Part shown: piece after piece, positions 14,335 through 22,443 of the stretch
Numbering within the stretch: position 1 is the stretch's first letter
How the letters are laid out: each line of letters opens with the position of its first letter
Source of the DNA: Chania sp.
GTDB lineage: Bacteria; Pseudomonadota; Gammaproteobacteria; Enterobacterales; Enterobacteriaceae
Assembly: GCA_049288585.1 (NCBI GenBank)
Contig: JBAQHZ010000547.1
Location: 611 to 64,610, forward strand
DNA: 64,000 bases
Direction of reading: 5' to 3'
The notes under the pieces: generated by a model
What the model saw: only the letters and a program-made list of their open reading frames with translations
What the model was told of the DNA's origin: nothing
Databases searched by the model: none
Position numbers and translations under genes: made by a program

Positions 14335-16890
14335 TTATTGGCAGACACCTTGAATCACTGGCCTGCTATCGTCAGGCGAGGATGATGGCAGCGTATAATG
14401 GATACTGCAGTGTTCTGCCTGCGCATCCCCCCATCTCACCTGCAGGACTCCCGCTTCGGCAAGGTCATGTGCGACCACCAAGCTCGCCTGCCCTACGATG
14501 CCGATGGCGTTGTTCTGCGCATCATAAACGTTGGCGGCAAAAGGCAGTGGCGTGCCATCCTTACGCTTCGCCTTGATATAGGTCACCTTGCTGCGCTTGG
14601 TTTCATAATCGAGCAGCACCAAGGCCCCTGAACGAGGAACCACGGTACTTCTGCTGGACAACAACTCAACATCCTGTGAAGTGCCCTTAGGATCGATGTC
14701 CACCTGATTGAGGTAGTAAGGCCGCAGATAAGGCACAATTGCATAGCCGAAGCGATCGACCTCCACGCCGGAAGCGCTGGTAACCATCGCCCCTTTGGCA
14801 CCCGGAGCGCGAACCAGGCCGCTGGTTTCCCCCAGTGATTGCCCCAACGTGATGCCGCCCCGGTGGGCGACGATGGCACCATCAATGCTGGACGACAGTT
14901 GTCGGTTGCCTTGACCATAGCTGTAGCTGGCGTTCATATTCGCCTGCGGAGCGCGGTAGCCCACGCCGCTGTTGAAGAAGTTGCCATTGGATGCAGTATC
15001 ACGGCTGGTACTGACGACATAGTTAAACTGGTTCTGCTCGCCCGCATTCCCCGACAGCCCGACCAGACCATTGCTGCCCTTGCTGTCGGTGGTGCCGGTC
15101 ATATTCAGCGTTGGAGCGTGGATACTCGACCCTAACGGCAGTGAAAGGCTTAGAGAGTACTGAGTTTCACGCCGATCCAGCGTACTGTCCTGCACCCCCG
15201 AGAACTGACCGCTCAACGTCCGACTGACCGAAAGGGTGTAACTAAGGTTGTGCCAGAAGTTGCTATAGCCTAGCTGCATACTCTGCTGTGAACCATTCTG
15301 GTTCCAGTAAGTAATGTGATTACCGGTGGCATACAGGCTGCCCCAACGCTCGCCCAGCGGTTGGCTCACTGAAAGCGTGAACATGCTGCGCTGCCGCCCA
15401 TAGGTATCGATATTTTCATTACGCAGCGCCAGATCGCGCAACTGCACGGCATCATTCAGGCTGAGGAAATTATCGGTTGAATAGCGATAGGCCATCACCG
15501 AGAAACTGGTCTGTGTTTCTGCATAGACCTGGCTGAACCCGATACGATAGCTTTGTCCTGAACGTTGATCCTGCTCAGGCAGGCGGGCTATCGACTGGGT
15601 GACATCCAGAGAAAGCGCGCCAATCGGCGTGTTCAGGGCACCGCCTAGCAGCGCAGAGAAATAGCTTTCACTGCCAACAACACCGGTATAGCCCGTCACC
15701 AAGTTACTCAGGCCAAGCTGGTATGTCAGGCTGCCAAAATCGGGCTTATCGACCAACCCCGTGGTATTGATCTTACCCGCAGCCACCTCGTAACGGCTGA
15801 TACCAGGCCGCAGCATCTGCGTAACCGAGGCATAAGGCACCGCAAAAGATCGGACCTGACCATTGGCTTCTTCGACGCGAACCGTCAGTTCGCCACCATA
15901 GCTGGTGGGATAAAGATCGTTGATCTCAAACGGCCCCGGAGAAACGGTGGTGGTATAAATGGTAAAACCGTTCTGTACGATAGTGACCCTGGCGTTGGTA
16001 TTGGCCACGCCACGCACCACGGGAGCATAGCCGCGCAGGGAGTCTGGCAGCATGCGGTCATCGGAATACATCCTGACGCCACGGAAACGGATGCCGTCAA
16101 ACAGTTCACCACTGGTGAAAGCATCACCGATGATCAATTGGGATTTCAGCACCGGAATATCACGGCCAACATAGGTGGATGAACTCTTATAGCCGCCGCC
16201 ATCACCATCTGAAACCCAGTTGATTGACCCATTGTTACGCACGCGCCAGGGGCCAACATTCAAGCCATTACGCAGCCCGAGATAACCATAGGTGTTGGTA
16301 TTTTCCCGCTGCTGAGACTGATAGACGTTGGCGTTATAGTTGACCATCAGGGCGGTCAGGCCATCTTCCCACAGCTTGGGGTTAACATAACCGCGTGGCG
16401 CTCTGTTCAACAGCAACTGCGGTATCGACAGCGTCAGCTTTTGTTCGCCAGGATCAAAACTGGCTGAGACTCCGGGCAGGAGCGCGCTGAGCGAACCGCA
16501 ATATCCTTCACCTTCTAACTGGCTAAGCCGCAGCGGCGGCGTTTGCTCCAGCAGTTTCTTTTCGCTCAGATTAAGCAGAGAAAAGAAGCTGCCGCTGTAG
16601 CAAGGGGTGGTGGCATATTGGCTGCCAGACTGTGGTTTAAAATGAATTTCTTCGTTGCCTATCGGTTGCCCATTGAGTTCAATTTCCGCTCTATAAACAC
16701 CGGGGACCACGATGTTGCCGCGGTTAAATTGGGTAGGATCGAACTTCCCAGCTTTGCCGCCAGGAAAAAAGCTCGGATCAAACTTCACCTCTTCCGGTGA
16801 CTCTGCGGCATAGACAGACGTGGCCGAAATCATGGCATAAGACAGGATCCATTTCAGTCCCGTTTTTCTTGCTGGTTTATGCGTAGTCAT
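14335..16890 (-). CDS. Fimbrial outer-membrane usher (PapC/FimD family)
   Basis: 851-aa ORF. It is collinear with FimD-type ushers (LRGYAPVVRGVANTNARVTIVQNGFTIYTTTVSPGPFEINDLYP...; ...GAIVAHRGGITLGQSLGETSGLVRAPGAKGA...). Confidence 0.9.
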   Translation of the reverse strand: MTTHKPARKTGLKWILSYAMISATSVYAAESPEEVKFDPSFFPGGKAGKFDPTQFNRGNIVVPGVYRAEIELNGQPIGNEEIHFKPQSGSQYATTPCYSGSFFSLLNLSEKKLLEQTPPLRLSQLEGEGYCGSLSALLPGVSASFDPGEQKLTLSIPQLLLNRAPRGYVNPKLWEDGLTALMVNYNANVYQSQQRENTNTYGYLGLRNGLNVGPWRVRNNGSINWVSDGDGGGYKSSSTYVGRDIPVLKSQLIIGDAFTSGELFDGIRFRGVRMYSDDRMLPDSLRGYAPVVRGVANTNARVTIVQNGFTIYTTTVSPGPFEINDLYPTSYGGELTVRVEEANGQVRSFAVPYASVTQMLRPGISRYEVAAGKINTTGLVDKPDFGSLTYQLGLSNLVTGYTGVVGSESYFSALLGGALNTPIGALSLDVTQSIARLPEQDQRSGQSYRIGFSQVYAETQTSFSVMAYRYSTDNFLSLNDAVQLRDLALRNENIDTYGRQRSMFTLSVSQPLGERWGSLYATGNHITYWNQNGSQQSMQLGYSNFWHNLSYTLSVSRTLSGQFSGVQDSTLDRRETQYSLSLSLPLGSSIHAPTLNMTGTTDSKGSNGLVGLSGNAGEQNQFNYVVSTSRDTASNGNFFNSGVGYRAPQANMNASYSYGQGNRQLSSSIDGAIVAHRGGITLGQSLGETSGLVRAPGAKGAMVTSASGVEVDRFGYAIVPYLRPYYLNQVDIDPKGTSQDVELLSSRSTVVPRSGALVLLDYETKRSKVTYIKAKRKDGTPLPFAANVYDAQNNAIGIVGQASLVVAHDLAEAGVLQVRWGDAQAEHCSIHYTLPSSSPDDSRPVIQGVCQ

Positions 16891-16941
16891 AGCATCCTTG
16901 ACGACTCAGATAAGCCAATAATTCTGAAAAAACGACGAATG

Positions 16942-17676
16942 CTAACGAGTTAGCGGGTATGTTTTTTCAACAAAAGCCCCATAATCATTGATCGCATTAG
17001 CCGTTACGGTGTTTGGCAGCCCACCAACGGCGTTACCACTGCGCTTGACCTGAAAAGCCTGCTCAGAGAAAGGGGCAATCATGCCACCGTCACTGCCCGC
17101 CATTGCCGCTTTCCCCGTACCAGATAGCCTTAAAGAGGCGTAACTGATGTAATAAGGGGTGGGGTTTTTTCCGATGAGTTTCTCCCCTTGCAAACGCCAA
17201 CTCACCTGGCCGATGATTTCAGGGGATAAGCCTTTTAGCGCTACGGGGCGGTAAAACACCTTCAGGCGATTGCGATAAGCGATGGAGAGGTAATTTTTAT
17301 CGTCTTTCGACTGGGGGGGCACTTCAAGTACGTTGATCCAGTAAAGTGTTTCGCGATCGGTTGCCTGGCTTGCGAGAGGCGTTACGGCAATACGTAGCGT
17401 TTGCGCTTTGGTCGGTTCAATGCGCGAAACCGGCGGCATAATAGTAAAAGGAGCATCACTGTTTTCGGGAAGCGAATTAGGATCTCCACTATCAATCCAG
17501 GATTGCACCAATAAAGGAACATGACTTTTATTTTCCAGTTTTAGTGTCACTTCTCTTTCATTAGACGGGTAAATAACGCGAGTGCCAGAAATAACAATAC
17601 CCGCATGCAGGTATGAAGAAAATAATCCGACGACCAGCACCAATGATGACAACCAATATCTTTCCATGAAAAGCAT
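16942..17676 (-). CDS. Periplasmic fimbrial chaperone (PapD-like)
   Basis: The internal ATG at 17676 (or 17667) gives M(LF)MERYWLSSLVLVVGLFSSYLHAGIVISGTRVIYPSNEREVTLKLENKSHVPLLVQSWID..., the classic chaperone signature. The longer ORF-track N-terminus runs through the ERIC repeat and is rejected. Confidence 0.85.
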   Translation of the reverse strand: MLFMERYWLSSLVLVVGLFSSYLHAGIVISGTRVIYPSNEREVTLKLENKSHVPLLVQSWIDSGDPNSLPENSDAPFTIMPPVSRIEPTKAQTLRIAVTPLASQATDRETLYWINVLEVPPQSKDDKNYLSIAYRNRLKVFYRPVALKGLSPEIIGQVSWRLQGEKLIGKNPTPYYISYASLRLSGTGKAAMAGSDGGMIAPFSEQAFQVKRSGNAVGGLPNTVTANAINDYGAFVEKTYPLTR

Positions 17677-17804
17677 AACCGCCCTGTAAGTATATACCCG
17701 CGGCCTTTCAGGCTGTGGAGTTATTAGCCACCTGCAAACTGAAAGGTTCTGGGTATTGCTATTAAACAGGGCCCTGTTTGAGCAGGCCCCTGTCACTACT
17801 GCTA

Positions 17805-17931
17805 TATACCCCTCAGACTTCAAGTTGCATACGCGTTGACTTTCCTCGCTCACCCCACTCACTTACTAATGTAAGCTCTTGGGGATTCGCTCAGTTACCG
17901 CCTTTCTGCAACTCGAATCATTTAGGGCATA
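17805..17931. repeat. ERIC element (127 bp) between the fimbrial major-subunit and chaperone genes
   Basis: ...cgctcaccccactcacttactaatgtaagctcttggggattcgc... matches the reverse complement of primer ERIC2 and primer ERIC1R. The termini tatacccctcagacttcaagttgca / tgcaactcgaatcatttagggcata are inverted. Confidence 0.8.
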
Positions 17932-17933
17932 GT

Positions 17934-18518
17934 TTATTGATAAACGATACTGTATTTAACAGTTGACGCCACCATACCGGCGGTAACTGGTGTCGTAGGG
18001 GTAACACCTACTGCAATATATTGACCATAATACGAGTATACAGCTGTATTATCGGCAATAGTTGTCGGCGCGTAGTTATTCAAGTTGCTCAACAAGTTGA
18101 TCGGGTTATTGGTAGTAGCATTCAGAATTTGAATCTCAACACGTTGCGCCACGCCGCTAGCACTGGTACTGGTATTTTTCAACCAACCCGTTGTTCTGTC
18201 GATCGCAGGGCTGGTAGGTTCGAAGTATACTTGAGCAACTTTCCCGTTGGTGCAATTCGTGTCCCCAGCGCCACCTAGTGTGATCTTAAACGGCGTAGCG
18301 TTTGCTACGGCACCTTCGGTACTCAGCGCACTGACCTGAACCTGTTTCAAATTGACATTCACATCAACAGCACCATTTGGAACTTGATCATTGATCTTGC
18401 AAGTTGTATCAATAACCTCACCCGTGAAGTTAATGTTACCATCAATAGCAAGAGCAGAAGTCGCAGTCAGGCTACCCATGACACAGGCAAGCGTCATTAA
18501 AAGAGTATTTCTTTTCAT
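17934..18518 (-). CDS. Fimbrial major subunit (type 1 fimbrial protein family)
   Basis: 194-aa ORF with signal MKRNTLLMTLACVMGSLTATSALA, a conserved Cys pair (CKIND...CTNGK) and C-terminus ...STVKYSIVYQ. It is the first structural gene of the operon. Confidence 0.85.
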   Translation of the reverse strand: MKRNTLLMTLACVMGSLTATSALAIDGNINFTGEVIDTTCKINDQVPNGAVDVNVNLKQVQVSALSTEGAVANATPFKITLGGAGDTNCTNGKVAQVYFEPTSPAIDRTTGWLKNTSTSASGVAQRVEIQILNATTNNPINLLSNLNNYAPTTIADNTAVYSYYGQYIAVGVTPTTPVTAGMVASTVKYSIVYQ

Positions 18519-18551
18519 TTAAATAATTATCCTGTTAATTGTCCTTAAACA

Positions 18552-18585
18552 CTCTGAATCTTTGGGGTAAACCTTAGATTCAGAG
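18552..18585 (-). terminator. 10-bp perfect hairpin between the regulator gene and the major-subunit gene (attenuator/terminator candidate)
   Basis: ctctgaatct-N14-agattcagag lies immediately after the regulator stop at 18589. There is no clear U-run. Confidence 0.35.
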
Positions 18586-18588
18586 CCA

Positions 18589-19083
18589 TTACTTCACTTT
18601 ATAGTGAAATCCTGTCTCCCTATTAGTTGTACCTAAAAAACTATATAAAGGCACAATCAATGCTCCTTGCAACGTATATCCCTTTCCACGAGAGGCTTTA
18701 ATAAAACTGTCATCTATTCCTATTGTTGCCAACCGCGCCTTAAGTTCTGTAATTACTTGCGTTAGTCTAGTGGAGGAGGAAGACAAATTATAATTCTCCC
18801 AAACATTGACCAAAATCTCTTGATTAGAGACATAGCCAAAACTTGCATTCGCCAATAAATAAAGTAACAATCTCATCATCGTCTCACGCAACTTAAAATA
18901 ATTGCTAAAGCGAAAGTCAAGATAACTACTATATTCTATAGTATTATATAACTTTATTACTGAGCCTGACTTTATATCGACTTGGAATTCATCATTAACA
19001 ACATAGCCAAAAAGCTGCAATTTTTTTGCATCAACTCTGATAATTGATTTCTCTGCATCTCTCTTTTGGCTTGTGGTATCCAT
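18589..19083 (-). CDS. Stand-alone winged-helix (OmpR/CadC/ToxR-type trans_reg_C-like) putative fimbrial regulator
   Basis: ATG at 19083 with GGAG 5 nt upstream (the ORF-track start at 19089 is GTG). Residues about 65-140, LRETMMRLLLYLLANASFGYVSNQEILVNVWENYNLSSSSTRLTQVITELKARLATIGIDDSFIKASRGKGYTL, follow the OmpR-family wHTH pattern. There is no receiver domain and no TM segment. The gene is strikingly AT-rich. Confidence 0.65.
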   Translation of the reverse strand: MDTTSQKRDAEKSIIRVDAKKLQLFGYVVNDEFQVDIKSGSVIKLYNTIEYSSYLDFRFSNYFKLRETMMRLLLYLLANASFGYVSNQEILVNVWENYNLSSSSTRLTQVITELKARLATIGIDDSFIKASRGKGYTLQGALIVPLYSFLGTTNRETGFHYKVK

Positions 19084-19801
19084 TATCACTCCGTAGCATC
19101 ACTGCTGTAACCACCTATCGATTAAAAATTAAGCACATACATATATTATCGGCCCGGTCTATATTATGGACTAGGATTATAATGTCAATTCATAAAGGCA
19201 AAAAAAATAACGCTTAAAAAAGAATTAAAAACTTTATTAGTTAAATAAAGCATCATAAGACAGATTATATGACTATATAATATATATTTTTAGATTAAAA
19301 TTCCATTCATACAGATAAATTAATACATAAGCATGAAATTCTTTTTTTGTCATTTATTTGGATAGCTATTTCGCTATTTTTAGGCTCAAATCTGATTGAC
19401 TAACATGAAAATCACTAATTCTTTCTTATACCCCTAGCCATTTGGGTGTTTTTACATGAACTTCTTTCTTAATTCTAATTCTCTACTCTCGTTGATTAAT
19501 AGCGCTGCGAGTAAAGACTGTCGATTGTTCTGGATAAATAAAATAGAATATTAATTAATTTCCATGATGTTTTTCCTTGATTCATATACATTAGTAATAA
19601 TTCACTCACCTAGGCCCTGATATATACCCAAAAGCTTTGAGGCTATTTAGAGAGGTTCAAGCACGGATATCCTCTTTTCTCATCGTAAATTGGATTATGC
19701 TTTCACAGCTTGCAGATCCCTGCACTCGCCCTTTAAGCGATAAACCTATAAGCCGTGCCCCGCAATGGCAGGAAACGGCTTTAAGCACAATGGACGATGA
19801 A

Positions 19802-20815
19802 ATGACTGAAAACACACAGGTGCCTCTTTCGGTACTGGATTTATCCCCAATCCCTCTGGGAGCCAAAGCGCGCGATGCGTTCTATTCCTCATTGGATTTG
19901 GCGCAACATGCCGAAAAATGGGGATACCAGCGTTACTGGCTGGCGGAACACCACAATATGACCGGCATTGGCAGTGCGGCAACGTCGGTGCTGCTGGGCT
20001 ACCTGGCGGCGGGCACCCAACGTATTCGCCTCGGTTCAGGTGGCGTGATGCTGCCAAACCATGCGCCGCTGGTGATTGCCGAGCAGTTCGGTACGCTGGA
20101 GTCGCTCTATCCAGGGCGTATCGACCTGGGGCTTGGCCGTGCGCCGGGTACCGATCAGCGCACCATGATGGCACTACGCCGCCATCTCTCCGGTGACGTG
20201 GACAACTTCCCGCGTGACGTGCAGGAACTGCAACGCTACTTCGGTGAAGTGCAGCCAGAACAAGCGGTGCAGGCAGTGCCGGGCCAGGGGTTGTATGTGC
20301 CCATCTGGCTGCTGGGTTCCAGCCTGTACAGCGCGCAACTGGCAGCGAAGCTCGGCTTGCCCTTCGCCTTTGCCTCTCACTTCGCGCCAGAAATGCTGTT
20401 CCAGGCGTTGAACCTGTATCGTGACAATTTTACCCCTTCCAAGCAGTGCCAACAGCCACATGCCATGGTGTGTGTGAACGTAATTGCGGCCGACAGCGAT
20501 CGCGATGCCCGCTTCCTGTTTACCTCCATGCAGCAACAGTTCACCAATCTGCGTCGGGGTTCACCAGGGCCACTGCCACCGCCGGTAGACAATATCCACG
20601 CCCTATGGACTGCGGGTGAACAATATGGAGTGGATCAGGCACTGCGGATGTCGATCGTCGGCGGCGAAAATACGGTGCGCCAAGGGCTGCAAACGTTGCT
20701 GCGTGAAACCGATGCTGACGAGATTATGGTTAACGGCCAGATTTTTGATCATCAGGCGCGTTTACGATCGTTTGAGATAGTGGCCGGAGTAAAAACAGAG
20801 TTGGTGAAAGGATAA
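19802..20815 (+). CDS. yhbW: Luciferase-like (LLM class) flavin-dependent oxidoreductase YhbW
   Basis: From the ATG at 19802: [67 protein letters not shown].... It is collinear with E. coli YhbW. The ATG at 19790 (MDDEM...) is an alternative start. Confidence 0.85.
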   Translation: MTENTQVPLSVLDLSPIPLGAKARDAFYSSLDLAQHAEKWGYQRYWLAEHHNMTGIGSAATSVLLGYLAAGTQRIRLGSGGVMLPNHAPLVIAEQFGTLESLYPGRIDLGLGRAPGTDQRTMMALRRHLSGDVDNFPRDVQELQRYFGEVQPEQAVQAVPGQGLYVPIWLLGSSLYSAQLAAKLGLPFAFASHFAPEMLFQALNLYRDNFTPSKQCQQPHAMVCVNVIAADSDRDARFLFTSMQQQFTNLRRGSPGPLPPPVDNIHALWTAGEQYGVDQALRMSIVGGENTVRQGLQTLLRETDADEIMVNGQIFDHQARLRSFEIVAGVKTELVKG

Positions 20816-20849
20816 GTGAAATGGGCGCTGTTATGGCGCCCCTGCTCTA

Positions 20850-21089
20850 TCAGCGTTGGATCAGGTAGCGAATGGTTGGGCCATCCTGCTGAATATCTAG
20901 TACTTTATAACCGTGATTACGCGCATCCAGCGGGATGTTGTTGATCGACTGCGGGCAGTCGCTGATCACTTCCAGTATTTCACCCGGTTTAAGCTGCGGC
21001 ATCGCCTCCAGCGTGGCCACTGCCGGATACGGGCAAGGTTCGCCCACCATATCCAAGCGATAATCCGGCACTATCTCTGCCTGTTTCAT
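20850..21089 (-). CDS. yedF: TusA-family sulfurtransferase-like protein YedF
   Basis: 79 aa. ...IVPDYRLDMVGEPCPYPAVATLEAMPQLKPGEILEVISDCPQSINNIPLDARNHGYKVLDIQQDGPTIRYLIQ is almost identical to E. coli YedF and carries the CPxP motif. Confidence 0.9.
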   Translation of the reverse strand: MKQAEIVPDYRLDMVGEPCPYPAVATLEAMPQLKPGEILEVISDCPQSINNIPLDARNHGYKVLDIQQDGPTIRYLIQR

Positions 21090-22300
21090 GACGCACTCCT
21101 TAAGTCAGCCACCTGCGCATCAGCTTTTGCGCGGAAAAAACGTTTCTCCCACCACAACATGGCGGCAAAGGCGATTGCCAGCAGCAGATAGGTCACTAGC
21201 AGCCCACCGATCGGCCCGAAGGTATCCAGCAGGTTAATCTTGTCGTAATGAGTGGCTAATGCAGGGGACAAATCATCCCAGTAATACGCCAACAGCGTTG
21301 CACCGATGATATTACCCAAGCCCACCCACCAGTAGTGGATCTGCCCTTCTACCGCACGGTACATCCAACCGGTTTCACAGCCGCCGGCCAGCACAATCCC
21401 AAAGCCAAACAGCAATCCGCCGATGACCGCATTCGGGCCAGCCCACATGATTTTTGGCGCGACGCCCAGTTGCACATAGCTGAAGATGCCAATCGCACTC
21501 ACCGCCATCCCAAGAATAATCGCTTTAGCCATATGGGTGCGGCCGGTGATCCACAGATCGCGGAACGCCGAGGTGAAGCAGATCTGTGCGCGTTCAATCA
21601 GCAGGCCAAAGCCGATGCCAAACAGCATGGCGATGCCAAGCTTCGGTGCATCGAACAGAGTCCATAATGACCAGGTCACGGTCAGGCAAAAAATCACCAT
21701 CCCCAAACGGAAACGGCGGCGTGCTTGCTCCGGCTTCTGCGTCAACGGTGCGGCAGCACTGACCTTTTGCAGCTTGACCGGGATGCGGAACATCGGCAAC
21801 AGGGTGAATTTCGCGCCGAAGTAAGAACCTGCGGCCGTCGCCAGTGCAAAAAACCAGGCGTGCAACGAAAACTGTGGGATCCCGGTGAAGAAAGCTGCCA
21901 GGTTACACCCCATCGCCAAGCGTGCGCCAAAACCGGCAATAATGCCGCCCAAGAGCGCCTGTGCAATACGGATACGGTGTTGTGGCATGCGCAGCTTGAC
22001 GTTATTCGCCCACAGCGCGGCGGCGATACAACCGGCAAACATGCCGATAATCATCCGGCCATCGATACGCTCGAGCGGTGAACCTTGCAGGCCTATCAAT
22101 TTAAAATAGCCCCACTGCTCGGGGTGGAACCCCAACCCTTGCAGCACATGGCCCCCCCAGCGGGTGAACTCACCGGTTACCGCCCAGAACGTGCCCGTCA
22201 TGCCAAAATAATAGGTAGAAAGGATCCCGGCAGCCATCACTGCCGGTAAAGGCGCCAAAAAGCGTACCAGGTACTGAGATTTGAATTGCTGCCAACTCAT
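21086..22300 (-). CDS. yedE: YedE/FdhT-family inner-membrane transporter (sulfur/selenium related)
   Basis: From the ATG at 22300: MSWQQFKSQYLVRFLAPLPAVMAAGILSTYYFGMTGTFWAVTGEFTRWGG.... It is collinear with E. coli YedE (401 aa) and has a 4-nt overlap with yedF. Confidence 0.9.
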   Translation of the reverse strand: MSWQQFKSQYLVRFLAPLPAVMAAGILSTYYFGMTGTFWAVTGEFTRWGGHVLQGLGFHPEQWGYFKLIGLQGSPLERIDGRMIIGMFAGCIAAALWANNVKLRMPQHRIRIAQALLGGIIAGFGARLAMGCNLAAFFTGIPQFSLHAWFFALATAAGSYFGAKFTLLPMFRIPVKLQKVSAAAPLTQKPEQARRRFRLGMVIFCLTVTWSLWTLFDAPKLGIAMLFGIGFGLLIERAQICFTSAFRDLWITGRTHMAKAIILGMAVSAIGIFSYVQLGVAPKIMWAGPNAVIGGLLFGFGIVLAGGCETGWMYRAVEGQIHYWWVGLGNIIGATLLAYYWDDLSPALATHYDKINLLDTFGPIGGLLVTYLLLAIAFAAMLWWEKRFFRAKADAQVADLRSAS

Positions 22301-22381
22301 GGCATCTCCTGTGCATGACATCCGTAAAATAAACCTTGCGAATCATACGCCATTTGGCGGTATAAACTGCGATTTCAAGCA

Positions 22382-22408
22382 TAAAAAAACCAGCCCGAAG
22401 GCTGGTTT
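22382..22408 (-). terminator. Rho-independent terminator of deaD
   Basis: The minus strand reads AAACCAGCC-TTCG-GGCTGGTTT followed by TTTTTT. It lies about 35 nt after the deaD stop. Confidence 0.75.
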
Positions 22409-22443
22409 CTGATGTGACTAACCGCGAGCTGTTAAATCAGCAA

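Noticed and set aside
19084-19640. Possible fimS-like invertible promoter element
   Set aside because: I found no pair of flanking inverted repeats and no site-specific recombinase gene in or near the islet.
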